A stretch of DNA of 64,000 nucleotides from an uncultured Candidatus Saccharibacteria bacterium. Its GTDB lineage: Bacteria > Patescibacteriota > Doudnabacteria > UBA920. The position numbers and the translations under genes are program-made. This document shows positions 9,549 to 19,009 of the stretch, one piece after another. The first letter of the stretch is position 1; each line of letters begins with the position of its first letter. The notes beneath the pieces are model-generated. The model saw only the letters and a list, made by a program, of their open reading frames with translations. It was not told the DNA's origin and made no database searches. The DNA is taken from positions 7,198 to 71,197 of the forward strand of contig CAZDIP010000004.1 of assembly GCA_964505635.1 (NCBI GenBank), in the 5' to 3' direction.

Positions 9549-10493
9549 GTGCTATCTATTGGCTGTCATGTTAGCGCCGCTGGAGGAGTCTGGAACGCGC
9601 CTAAAAATGCGGCTAATTTGGAATGCGAAACTTTTCAAATTTTTACCAGGCCGCCTATGGGCGGACCAGCGCCTAAAATAGATGAAGAAGCAGCGGACAA
9701 GTTTAAGACCGAGATGGAAAAGTATAAGTTTACAGACTTCGTTATTCATTGCCCTTATATTGTTAATTTTGGTTCTGCTAAAAAACCTACATATCACGGC
9801 TCTATTGGTATTGTTTCCGAAGAACTTAAACGGGCAAATAGTTTGGGAGCAAAATTGGTAATGACCCACTTAGGAAGCTTTAAGGACTTAGGGCAAGAAA
9901 AAGGCATGAAGCAGACGCAAAAAGGTTTTGTGGAAGTTTTGGAAAAATATGAAAAGGCATCAAAGAACCCAAAAACCGAATTTTTGCTGGAAATAGCAGC
10001 CGGTAGTGGGGAAGTTATTGGCGACACTTTTGAAGAATTGGCGGAGCTTATGGAACCCTTAAAGAAATTTAAAACTTTCGGGGGAATTTGTTTTGACACC
10101 CAGCATGCTTTTTCAAGCGGTTACGACATTAGAGATAAAAAATCTGTTATAGAGACATTTAAAAAGTTTGAAAAAGTAATAGGCCTTAAGTGGCTTAAAA
10201 TGTCGCACATTAACGACTCCAAAGTGCCTTTGGGCGGCAAGAAAGACAGGCATGAGCATATTGGCGATGGGGAAATAGGGAAAAAGGGGTTTGAGGCGCT
10301 GATTGGATATTTTGAAACCCTCACCCCAAAAACCCTCTCTACCCCTCGGCTTCGTTCGGGGCATCAACGCCAGGCGGGGGAGAAAAATAATGTTGCTTTC
10401 GGCGGCTTTCCCTTGATTCTTGAGACAGAGCATGATAAAGTCAAAAAAGATATAGAAATATTAAAAAATATAAGAAATAAAATTTATGTTTAA
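9549..10493 (+). CDS. nfo: Endonuclease IV
   Basis: GCHVS.AGG, H.PY..N, CFDTQHAF, HINDSK, DRHEHIG, LILET. Confidence 0.93.
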   Translation: MLSIGCHVSAAGGVWNAPKNAANLECETFQIFTRPPMGGPAPKIDEEAADKFKTEMEKYKFTDFVIHCPYIVNFGSAKKPTYHGSIGIVSEELKRANSLGAKLVMTHLGSFKDLGQEKGMKQTQKGFVEVLEKYEKASKNPKTEFLLEIAAGSGEVIGDTFEELAELMEPLKKFKTFGGICFDTQHAFSSGYDIRDKKSVIETFKKFEKVIGLKWLKMSHINDSKVPLGGKKDRHEHIGDGEIGKKGFEALIGYFETLTPKTLSTPRLRSGHQRQAGEKNNVAFGGFPLILETEHDKVKKDIEILKNIRNKIYV

Positions 10494-10638
10494 TGAAGGC
10501 AGGGAAGGAAATATTAAAAGCCCGGACAATATGGGGATAGGCCTAGAAGCAAGTTTGGCAAAAGTCCCCAAACAGGCGGTTGGGGCGGTAATAAACGTTT
10601 ACAAGTCAATTGAGCAAATGATAGAGAGGGGTATTTAA
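10486..10638 (+). CDS. Possible 50-aa hypothetical protein (not in ORF track)
   Basis: MFNEGREGNIKSPD...IERGI fills the gap between nfo and the ORF at 10642. Confidence 0.35.
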   Translation: MFNEGREGNIKSPDNMGIGLEASLAKVPKQAVGAVINVYKSIEQMIERGI

Positions 10639-10641
10639 AAT

Positions 10642-10827
10642 ATGAGCGGTACTATAAGTTTAGAAAAGATTATAGAAGTTATTGAAGCTTCCGAACTTGA
10701 CCCAACTATTAAGGAGATTTTAGTGAGGGATTTAAAAAGTGAAGGCCTTACTGAGTTTTTGGAAGAACAAATTAAAGCTTATTGCGATAAAGCCATTGCT
10801 ATTTTAGAAAAACGTAAAGGCGAATAA
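10642..10827 (+). CDS. Small hypothetical protein
   Basis: 61-aa helical ORF in operon. Confidence 0.6.
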   Translation: MSGTISLEKIIEVIEASELDPTIKEILVRDLKSEGLTEFLEEQIKAYCDKAIAILEKRKGE

Positions 10828-10842
10828 AAGTAAGGCAAATTT

Positions 10843-11880
10843 ATGACTTTTGCAGAATTGGAAAAAAGCACCCAGGTTATAATCAAAGTAGTTTTTGTTG
10901 TTCTTGCTTTAGCCTTTTTGTGGGTAATCAGAGACATTATTGTAATAATGCTTTTGTCTTTGATTTTAGCTTCCGCCATGGATCCCATGGTGGATTATTT
11001 TAACCAAAAGAAAATTCCCAGGGCAGTTAGCGTTATAACCGTTTACGTCTTGGTGCTTGGTTTGGCAGGTTTAATTATTGCTTTAATTATTCCCCCGGTG
11101 GGAGAGCAATTTAAGTATTTTCAAGCCAACTTGCCGGAATATCTAGGAAATTTTCAACAAAAATTTGCGGGAACCGAACTCGGGAACTTATTTTCGACAG
11201 ATACTTTTAAAAATCTAATTTCCGGTTCAGGTTCCAGTACGGTTATTAGCAGTACTTACGGGGTCTTTAGCGGGCTTTTTACTTTTCTTACTGTTTTGGT
11301 AATTTCTTTTTATTTGGTAGCGGAAGAACAGGGGATGAAAAAGTTTGTTGCGACGCTTTTACCAGAGCATCACCATGAGTTTACAATGGGGCTTTTGGAG
11401 AAAATCCAAAAAAAAATGGGTTTGTGGATTTTGGGGCAGTTAATCTTAAGTTTTTCAATTTTTGTATTAACCTTAATCGGGTTGGTTGTGGTGGGTCTTA
11501 TATTTGGGTCACAGGGCGGTAACCCGATTTTATCTAACGCCTTATTGCTCGCACTTTTGGCCGGACTATTTGAGGTCATGCCTTATATCGGTCCTTTTTT
11601 ATCGGCCATACCCGCGGTGTTAATAGCTTTTACTTTTAGCCCGCCGTTAGGGTTAGTAGTCGGTATTTTATATTTGTTAATTCAAAAAACCGAAGGCTAT
11701 GTGCTGGTTCCGAAGGTTATGGAAAAAACCGTTGGAACTTCTCCTTTGGCAGTGCTTTTAGCCATGCTTATTGGTTTTAAGCTTTCAGGAGTAATAGGTC
11801 TTTTAATAGCGGTTCCTTTAGTCAGCGCTGTAACCGTAGTTGTTAACGAATTTTTGGCTAGTAAATCCGCGCGGCCTTAA
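10843..11880 (+). CDS. AI-2E family transporter
   Basis: Multi-TM; PYIGP and L.PKVM.KTVG..P..VL..L.G..L.G..G.L.AVP signature. Confidence 0.88.
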   Translation: MTFAELEKSTQVIIKVVFVVLALAFLWVIRDIIVIMLLSLILASAMDPMVDYFNQKKIPRAVSVITVYVLVLGLAGLIIALIIPPVGEQFKYFQANLPEYLGNFQQKFAGTELGNLFSTDTFKNLISGSGSSTVISSTYGVFSGLFTFLTVLVISFYLVAEEQGMKKFVATLLPEHHHEFTMGLLEKIQKKMGLWILGQLILSFSIFVLTLIGLVVVGLIFGSQGGNPILSNALLLALLAGLFEVMPYIGPFLSAIPAVLIAFTFSPPLGLVVGILYLLIQKTEGYVLVPKVMEKTVGTSPLAVLLAMLIGFKLSGVIGLLIAVPLVSAVTVVVNEFLASKSARP

Positions 11881-11945
11881 TAAATTTGTTAAAAAATCAA
11901 GAAAAAGCTATAATAATAAGGCCTTTTTAAGGCCTTTTATTTAAT

Positions 11946-13430
11946 ATGGATAAATTTTATTTAACCACAACTTTACCTTATGTTAACTCCAGTCCTCATT
12001 TGGGATTTGCTTTGGAATTAGTGCAGGCTGATACTATAATTCGCTACCAAAAACAACTCGGTAAAGAAGTGTTTTTTAATACCGGAACCGACGAACACGG
12101 GATTAAAATTTTTCAAAAGGCTCAGGAGCAGAATAAGCAAGTTCAGCAGTACGTGGACGAATATGCTGATAAATTTAAAAATTTAATGCCTCTGTTAGGT
12201 ATTTTGCCGGAAATTCACTTTATTCGTACAACCGATAAGAATCATATTAAAGCCTGTCAGGAGTTTTGGAAGTTGGTGGATAAAAACGGGTATATTTATA
12301 AAGCAGAATATAAGGTTAAATATTGCGTGGGCTGTGAGTTGGAAAAAACCGAAAGTGAATTAGACAAAGAAGGTCAGTGTTTGGTTCACCCACATTTAAA
12401 TATAGAAATACGCGAAGAGGAAAACTATTTTTTTAAGTGGAAAGAATTTGAAAAGCCGTTATTGGAATTATATGCGAAATATCCCGACTTTGTGGTGCCG
12501 GATTTTCGTTTTAATGAAATAAAAGAATTTGTAAAAAGAGGCCTAAAGGATTTTTCTATTTCCCGAAGAAAAGAAAAAATGCCCTGGGGCGTCCCCGTGC
12601 CGGGCGACGAAGAACATGTTATGTACGTCTGGTTTGATGCTTTGATAAATTATGTTTCAACTCTTGGTTGGCCGGAAAACAAAAAAGATTTTCAAGAGTT
12701 TTGGGGAAATGTCGTGGATCCCAGGGCAGTTCAAATTGCAGGCAAAGATAATTTACGGCAACAGTCGGCTATGTGGCAGGCCATGCTTATGGCTGCGGGG
12801 CTGCCCACCTCAAAACAAATTGTTATTCACGGATTTATAAATAGCGGCGGGCAAAAAATGTCCAAATCTCTTGGCAACGTGGCCGACCCTTATGAAATAA
12901 TTTCCGCGCTTTTAGAAAAAGGCCTTAGTAAAGAGCAGGCAACTGAAGCCTTGAGATTTTATTTACTCCATGACATTCCTACTTTTGAAGACGGAGATTA
13001 TACCTGGGAAAAATTTACGGAAAGTTATAATGCGTTTTTGGCCAATGGGATTGGCAATTTAACAAGCAGAATTTTAAAAATGGCGGTTAACTTAGGAATA
13101 AAAATAGATTTATCTAAGCAAAATATTAATACAAACAATACAGAATATTCTTTTAGATGGTTTATGGATAACTATAGACTAAATGATGCCATTAATGATA
13201 TTTGGCAAAGAATAAGGAACATGGACCAATCTATTCAAACCAAAGAACCATTTAAATTGGCTAAGGTGGATATTGTTAGAGCTGAGGCCGAAGTTACTAT
13301 TTTATTGGAGGCGCTTTATAGTATTGCCTATGATTGTCAAATGTTTATTCCTGTAAGCTCTGAAAAAATTTTAGAGGCATTAAATGAGCCAACTTTAGAA
13401 AATATTCCAAAGTTGTTTCCAAGAATATAA
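11946..13430 (+). CDS. metG: Methionine--tRNA ligase
   Basis: YVNSSPHLGF, GTDEHG, YVWFDAL, KMSKS. Confidence 0.95.
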   Translation: MDKFYLTTTLPYVNSSPHLGFALELVQADTIIRYQKQLGKEVFFNTGTDEHGIKIFQKAQEQNKQVQQYVDEYADKFKNLMPLLGILPEIHFIRTTDKNHIKACQEFWKLVDKNGYIYKAEYKVKYCVGCELEKTESELDKEGQCLVHPHLNIEIREEENYFFKWKEFEKPLLELYAKYPDFVVPDFRFNEIKEFVKRGLKDFSISRRKEKMPWGVPVPGDEEHVMYVWFDALINYVSTLGWPENKKDFQEFWGNVVDPRAVQIAGKDNLRQQSAMWQAMLMAAGLPTSKQIVIHGFINSGGQKMSKSLGNVADPYEIISALLEKGLSKEQATEALRFYLLHDIPTFEDGDYTWEKFTESYNAFLANGIGNLTSRILKMAVNLGIKIDLSKQNINTNNTEYSFRWFMDNYRLNDAINDIWQRIRNMDQSIQTKEPFKLAKVDIVRAEAEVTILLEALYSIAYDCQMFIPVSSEKILEALNEPTLENIPKLFPRI

Positions 13431-14089
13431 TGACTGTAGAAGGATTGCACGTTAACGGGCCAGAAAATAGAAATTTTTTAGCAGATGCAGAAGCAAGGCT
13501 TTTAACTTTGGGTTTAAGCTTAAAAGATTTGGCTAGATATGATCATGTTTTAGACATAGGCGCAGCAGACTGTGCTATTGAGAGAGCTTCTTTATCTTTG
13601 GGTCGGAGGAATGTAACTTCAGTAGATAGAAAATTTAGTTTGACAGAGACAGAGCTAGCGGGTTTAAATGTTATGAAAATTGATGCAGCGGATCTTAGTT
13701 TGTCTGAAAACTCAGTAGATATAATTTTAGTGACCTCGAGTGCTTATAAGTATACCAGGACTGAAAAAGAGACTTTAGAAATTTTGTTTGGATTAAATAG
13801 AGTTTTAAGAATTGGAGGTAAACAACTAGTTCATCCCGCGCGATTTGGGCATATTGTGGAGGATTTAAAAAGAATTTACCCGGAATTTGATCGGGCAGTA
13901 GAAACTGAGAGGCACAAGAGGTCAGCGGAACAAGCTAAAATAATAATTCATAATAATACCATTGCTGATCAACAAACTTTAAGTTATTTAAGAGAAAATA
14001 ATATTTTTGCTAGAAAGCTTAAAAGCCATGAACCTCATCCTTTGCCCAGTTTTGAGCATTATTTAGAAATCCCAAAGTTTAAATGTTAA
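13430..14089 (+). CDS. Class I SAM-dependent methyltransferase-like protein
   Basis: VLDIGAA motif I, RVLRIGG. Confidence 0.65.
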   Translation: MTVEGLHVNGPENRNFLADAEARLLTLGLSLKDLARYDHVLDIGAADCAIERASLSLGRRNVTSVDRKFSLTETELAGLNVMKIDAADLSLSENSVDIILVTSSAYKYTRTEKETLEILFGLNRVLRIGGKQLVHPARFGHIVEDLKRIYPEFDRAVETERHKRSAEQAKIIIHNNTIADQQTLSYLRENNIFARKLKSHEPHPLPSFEHYLEIPKFKC

Positions 14090-14928
14090 TTGACACCCAT
14101 GCCCATGTGAATTTTAAGAGTTTTAAAGACGATGCCAGAGAAACTTTGCAGCGGGCTTTAGACGCGGGTGTGAATGTTATAAATGTAGGTTCGCAAATAG
14201 ATACCTCAAGGCAGGCTGTGGAATTAGCAAATAGTTTTGAAAAAGGAGTATACGCTGTGGTGGGTCTGCATCCGGAACATACCCATTCGCAATATGTGGA
14301 CGAGGAAGAAACGCACTTTTTGTCCAGGGAAGAAAATTTTAATTACGATGAGTATAAAAAATTGGCGCAAAATGAAAAAGTTGTTGGTATAGGGGAGTGT
14401 GGGTTGGATTATTATAGATTGCCCGATGACAAAGGCTTTCATGCCGAAGTTAAAGAAAAACAGAAAGCAGCCTTTAGGTTGCAACTGAAATTAGCTAAAG
14501 AATTAAACAAGGCCTTGGTAATTCATAGTAGACCAGAAAAGGGCAATGAAGAATTGTTTGATGATTTAATAAATATTTTAGATACCGAAGGAACACCAAA
14601 TTTAAGGTTTGAGGTGCACAGTTTTACAGGTAGCCCTAGAGCTTTAAAAATGTTTTTAGACCGAGGCGCGTATGTTTCTTTTAATGGTATAATTACATTT
14701 GATAAGACTGGGAATATGGAAGAATTGGTGAAAATGGCGCCTATGGACAGGATAATTTTAGAGACCGATTGCCCGTATTTAACACCTGTGCCTAATAGGG
14801 GAAAAAGAAATGAGCCAGCATACGTCCGTTTTGTGGCGGAGCATGTGGCTCGGGTGAAGGGGCTTAAGGCTTCTGAAGTCGCAGAGGCGACCACCGGGAA
14901 TGCGAAAGGATTGTTTCGGCTGAGTTGA
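14083..14928 (+). CDS. tatD: TatD family nuclease
   Basis: DTHAH, GECGLDY, HSR, HSF, ETDCPYL. Confidence 0.94.
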   Translation: MLIDTHAHVNFKSFKDDARETLQRALDAGVNVINVGSQIDTSRQAVELANSFEKGVYAVVGLHPEHTHSQYVDEEETHFLSREENFNYDEYKKLAQNEKVVGIGECGLDYYRLPDDKGFHAEVKEKQKAAFRLQLKLAKELNKALVIHSRPEKGNEELFDDLINILDTEGTPNLRFEVHSFTGSPRALKMFLDRGAYVSFNGIITFDKTGNMEELVKMAPMDRIILETDCPYLTPVPNRGKRNEPAYVRFVAEHVARVKGLKASEVAEATTGNAKGLFRLS

Positions 14929-15141
14929 TTAGGTTCCGCAGGCTCCTTCTTCATGAAGGGTCGACAAACCAGTTTTGTTGGGAAGTTCTGGTTGGTTCAA
15001 TACAACTCCTGGGTTTAGGACGAAAGACAGTTGCCCGTCCTTAATCGTCAATATTCCAAGAATTGTACTACTGCTCAGGGCAGTAACTTGCAAGAGTCCT
15101 TCCTGTTCGACTAGAGCTCTCAAACCTGCTTTGTTTAGCAT
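14929..15141 (-). CDS. Small hypothetical protein (antisense cassette)
   Basis: AGGAGG SD upstream on the minus strand; convergent with tatD. Confidence 0.5.
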   Translation of the reverse strand: MLNKAGLRALVEQEGLLQVTALSSSTILGILTIKDGQLSFVLNPGVVLNQPELPNKTGLSTLHEEGACGT

Positions 15142-15204
15142 TTATATCGAGCCTCCTTGCGAAGAACTCTATCATCATCATCATCATCAAAAGTCAATCG
15201 TATG

Positions 15205-15297
15205 TGTTATCCTAAATCGACCTTAGACGGGATCCAGCATAAAGTTATTCATATTATGGATTCCGGATATCTCGCTTCAGGAGATTCCGGAATGACA
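15205..15297. repeat. Palindromic MITE/REP-like element
   Basis: gggatccag...tggattccgg...ccggaatgac. Confidence 0.6.
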
Positions 15298-15313
15298 AAG
15301 TAGTTAATTATGT

Positions 15314-15880
15314 ATGCAAAAATATTTTCCTAAAAATGAGAATGAAGAAAAATCTTTTGTTGAAGTTTTTGGTCTGAATCCAGGACAACCTTTGGATCCA
15401 TATTTTGAGGCGGATAATGCTGATGCAATGCCAAGACTGGATTTGCCAACGGTTTGTATAAACGCGGTCAGCAGTATAATAAAGCATCATAGTGAAAATA
15501 AATATTTAGTGGTTAAACATCACAGAAGCAGTGTTGACGGTTATTTTTCGGTTTCCGGCGCGGTTGATTTGGGCGAAAGTCTGCAGCAGACAGCGGCCAG
15601 GGAAATTGCCGAGGAAACCGGCTACAAACACCTAAAGTTTGTAAGCAGTTTGGGAGAACCGATATATTTTAAATATTTTAAACTTAGTAAAAATGAAAAC
15701 CGTTTGCTTAAATTAACGCCGTTTTATTTTCAAACTTTAGATGACGAAGTTGAACCTATGACTGAATATGAAAAAGCCAAACAGGAACCAGTTTGGCTTA
15801 AAGAACCAGACATAGAGCAATTTTTAAGAACCAGGCCTTTTCATAGAATTTTTTGGGAAAGAATGAAAGAATTGCAATAA
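15314..15880 (+). CDS. NUDIX hydrolase
   Basis: Nudix box GAVDLGESLQQTAAREIAEETG. Confidence 0.88.
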   Translation: MQKYFPKNENEEKSFVEVFGLNPGQPLDPYFEADNADAMPRLDLPTVCINAVSSIIKHHSENKYLVVKHHRSSVDGYFSVSGAVDLGESLQQTAAREIAEETGYKHLKFVSSLGEPIYFKYFKLSKNENRLLKLTPFYFQTLDDEVEPMTEYEKAKQEPVWLKEPDIEQFLRTRPFHRIFWERMKELQ

Positions 15881-15903
15881 TTTTTTTAAGCTAAATTTTG
15901 TTT

Positions 15904-15984
15904 ATGAAAAAATATGAAGCCTCAAAAGTAGAAAAAAAATGGCCCTCCTTCGCTAAAGCTTCGGAGGGTAAACAAAAGTTTTAA
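15904..15984 (+). pseudogene. Relic leuS 5' end with a 30-nt palindromic insertion
   Basis: MKKYEASKVEKKW[PSFAKASEGK]QKF* versus the true start MKKYNPQEIEKRWQEF. Confidence 0.7.
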
Positions 15985-15985
15985 T

Positions 15986-18900
15986 ATGAAGAAATATAAT
16001 CCACAAGAAATAGAAAAACGTTGGCAGGAGTTTTGGGAAACGAAAAAGGTTTTTCATGCAAAAGATAATTCTAAAAAGCCCAAGAAATTTATTTTGGTGG
16101 AATTTCCGTATCCCAGTGGCGCAGGACTGCACATGGGTCATTTACGGCCTTATGTAGCGGCAGATGTTTACGCCAGGTATAACCGCATGAAGGGGTTTGA
16201 AACGCTTTTTCCAATTGGCTGGGATGCTTTTGGTTTGCCCGCGGAAAATTACGCGATAAAAATGGGAGTACATCCTTCTATAACTACCAAAAAAAACGTT
16301 GCGAATGCAAAAAAGCAAATGCAGAGCTGGGGACTCAGTTTTGACTGGAGTAGGGAAGCAAACACCACTGACCCGGACTATTACAAATGGACACAGTGGT
16401 TGTTTTTACAGTTTTATAAAAAAGGTTTGGCTTTTGAATCTACCGGACTTATAAACTGGTGCCCTAAGGACAAAACCGGCCTGGCAAACGAAGAAGTTAT
16501 AGACGGCAAATGCGAACGGTGCGGAACAGCGGTAGAAAAAAAAGAATTGCGCCAATGGTATTTAAAAATTACAGAATATGCTGAAAAGTTATTAGATGGT
16601 CTTAAGTCGTTAGATAAATGGCCGGAAGCAGTAAAACTTCAGCAGGAGAATTGGATTGGAAAAAAGACCGGAACAAATATTACTTACGGGTTTGATGAAA
16701 AGCCAAATTTTTTATTGCTTCATGGCAGAGGTAGCTCTCCTGAGAAAGCATTTTTGCCGTGGATGAAATATACCTTGGAAAGACGAGGTTATTTTGTTCA
16801 GGTTCCGGCAATGCCCGGCGGAGATGAACCGAACGATTTAGAGCAAGCTGAACACGTCTTAAAAAATTGCAAAGTAGATGAAAATACAATTGTTTTAGGG
16901 CATTCGTTTGGTGGGATTGTGGCATTAAGGCTTTTGGAGAAAGGAGTAAAAGTAAAAAAAGTATTGTTGGCAGGCACTCCTTTTTTGGGCAGATTTTCAG
17001 ACGGTAAGGTCAGACAAAGCGTGGCAGATGCTATTAAACGAGGTTTTAATTTTGGCAAAATAAGAAAACACGCCCAAAGTTTTATCTCTATTTCCGATGA
17101 GAGTGATCATATTGTGCCTAATTCAGATGGAAAAAAGCTTGCCGAGAATTTAAACGGACTGTTTGTAAGTTTTAAAGCCGGCAGTCCGCATTTTAATGAC
17201 CAACAGGAAAGTGGGTTGTTAAAAATTTTAGACCCTCAAATTACCTGCTTTACCACACGCCCGGACACAAACTTTGGAGCAACGTTTGTAGTTTTGGGAC
17301 CGGAGCACCTGCTGTTAAAGGACCGCAACTTGCTAAATATAGATGAAAAACACTGGAAGGAGATTGTTAAATATCAGCAAAAAGTAAAAAATACTCCCGA
17401 AGAAGAACGCTTAAAAGAGGGTCGTAAAAAAACCGGTGTGTTTACGGGTTTGTATTTAATAAATACCCTGAATAATTATAAAATGCCTCTGTATGTTTCC
17501 GATTACGTTTTAGGCAACGTTGGTACTGGAGCTGTGGTTGGAGTGCCCGGGCACGACAAAAGGGATTTTGAGTTTGCTCAGGTTTTTAAAATTCCCATTG
17601 TAAGGGTTGTGCAAAAAGACGCCAACGACGTTGCGCCAATAGAAAAAATAGAGCAGGTTCAGGAAGAAGAAGGTACAATGGTAAATTCTGAATTTTTAAA
17701 CGGGCTAAATATTCACGAAGCGACCGAAAAAATAATGGATTACATGGAGGCTCAAGGTTATGGCAAAAGAGTTACCAATTACAAACTTCGCGATTGGGTG
17801 TTTAGCAGGCAGCGCTATTGGGGCGAGCCTATTCCTCTTATTCACTGCGAAGACTGCGGAGTGGTGCCAGTGCCGGACAAAGACTTGCCGGTGAAATTAC
17901 CAAATGTAAAAAAATACGAGCCGACCGGCACAGGCGAGTCTCCTTTGGCCGACATTAAAAATTGGGTTAAAACCAAATGCCCTAAGTGCGGCAAATTAGC
18001 CTGGAGAGAAACTAACACTATGCCTCAGTGGGCAGGTTCAAGCTGGTATTGGCTTCGGTATGCTGACTCAAAAAATAAAAAACAATTTTCATCTCTTGCT
18101 AAGCAAAAATATTGGACGCCCGTAGACGTTTATTTTGGCGGGATGGAACATACAACCTTGCATTTGCTATATAGCCGTTTTTGGAATTTATTTTTATTTG
18201 ACCAAGGTTTAGTGTCATCCCGCGAGCCATATGCTTTACGCAAGCCTCACGGAATAGTTTTGGGTCCGGATGGGGAAAAAATGTCCAAAAGTCGGGGAAA
18301 TGTAGTTGATCCGCAAAGCATAGTTAAACAATATGGGGCCGATGTTTTAAGAATGTATGAAATGTTTTTAGGTCCGCACGAAGCCATGGTGGCTTGGAAT
18401 GACAAGGGGATTGTGGGCGTCGCTAGATTTTTAGACAGAGTTTGGAATTGGGTGAATGAAATCGCGGAAGCGCCCCATAACAAAGTCACAAGTGACAAGT
18501 CACAAGTGACAAGAGATACCGAAAAGGTTGAGAGAGAGCTTAATAAACTTATAAAAAAAATTACAGTTGATATAGAAGGCTTTAGTTTTAATACCTGTAT
18601 AAGCGCATTTATGGAATTTCATAATGCGATTAAGGATGACTTTATTACACTGGAAAGCGTAAAAAAATTTTTATTGGTTTTGTATCCCTTTGCTCCACAC
18701 ATTGCCGAAGAACTTAATTTAATTTTACCCGCAGTAACCTTAAATCGTGACCGCGAAAGAAGGTTACAGTCTTTACAGTTGGAAACTTGGCCTATGTTTG
18801 ACGACTCAAAGCTTATAGAAAGTCAGGTTACGGTAGTTGTGCAAATAAACGGCAAAGTCAGGGGCAAGATTGTTGTTCCAAAAAATGCTCTGGAGCAAGA

Positions 18901-19009
18901 TGTTCAGGCTGAAGCTGTTAAACTGGAAGTAGTAAAACAGGCTTTGGTGAACGAGAGCATAAAACGCACAATTTATATTAAAGACAGACTCATCAATTTG
19001 GTAATTTAA
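15986..19009 (+). CDS. leuS: Leucine--tRNA ligase with an inserted alpha/beta-hydrolase domain
   Basis: FPYPSG.GLHMGH, FTTRPDT, GTGAVVGVPGHD.RD, SRQRYWG.PIP, KMSKS. Confidence 0.96.
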   Translation: MKKYNPQEIEKRWQEFWETKKVFHAKDNSKKPKKFILVEFPYPSGAGLHMGHLRPYVAADVYARYNRMKGFETLFPIGWDAFGLPAENYAIKMGVHPSITTKKNVANAKKQMQSWGLSFDWSREANTTDPDYYKWTQWLFLQFYKKGLAFESTGLINWCPKDKTGLANEEVIDGKCERCGTAVEKKELRQWYLKITEYAEKLLDGLKSLDKWPEAVKLQQENWIGKKTGTNITYGFDEKPNFLLLHGRGSSPEKAFLPWMKYTLERRGYFVQVPAMPGGDEPNDLEQAEHVLKNCKVDENTIVLGHSFGGIVALRLLEKGVKVKKVLLAGTPFLGRFSDGKVRQSVADAIKRGFNFGKIRKHAQSFISISDESDHIVPNSDGKKLAENLNGLFVSFKAGSPHFNDQQESGLLKILDPQITCFTTRPDTNFGATFVVLGPEHLLLKDRNLLNIDEKHWKEIVKYQQKVKNTPEEERLKEGRKKTGVFTGLYLINTLNNYKMPLYVSDYVLGNVGTGAVVGVPGHDKRDFEFAQVFKIPIVRVVQKDANDVAPIEKIEQVQEEEGTMVNSEFLNGLNIHEATEKIMDYMEAQGYGKRVTNYKLRDWVFSRQRYWGEPIPLIHCEDCGVVPVPDKDLPVKLPNVKKYEPTGTGESPLADIKNWVKTKCPKCGKLAWRETNTMPQWAGSSWYWLRYADSKNKKQFSSLAKQKYWTPVDVYFGGMEHTTLHLLYSRFWNLFLFDQGLVSSREPYALRKPHGIVLGPDGEKMSKSRGNVVDPQSIVKQYGADVLRMYEMFLGPHEAMVAWNDKGIVGVARFLDRVWNWVNEIAEAPHNKVTSDKSQVTRDTEKVERELNKLIKKITVDIEGFSFNTCISAFMEFHNAIKDDFITLESVKKFLLVLYPFAPHIAEELNLILPAVTLNRDRERRLQSLQLETWPMFDDSKLIESQVTVVVQINGKVRGKIVVPKNALEQDVQAEAVKLEVVKQALVNESIKRTIYIKDRLINLVI

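Noticed and set aside
14975-15226. Plus-strand ORF with a His5 run
   Set aside because: The His run is only the (ATC)6 microsatellite; the minus-strand ORF has the SD
16696-17232. Intein in LeuRS
   Set aside because: No N-terminal Cys/Ser block, no His-Asn C-terminus and no LAGLIDADG motif; the motifs are those of an alpha/beta hydrolase
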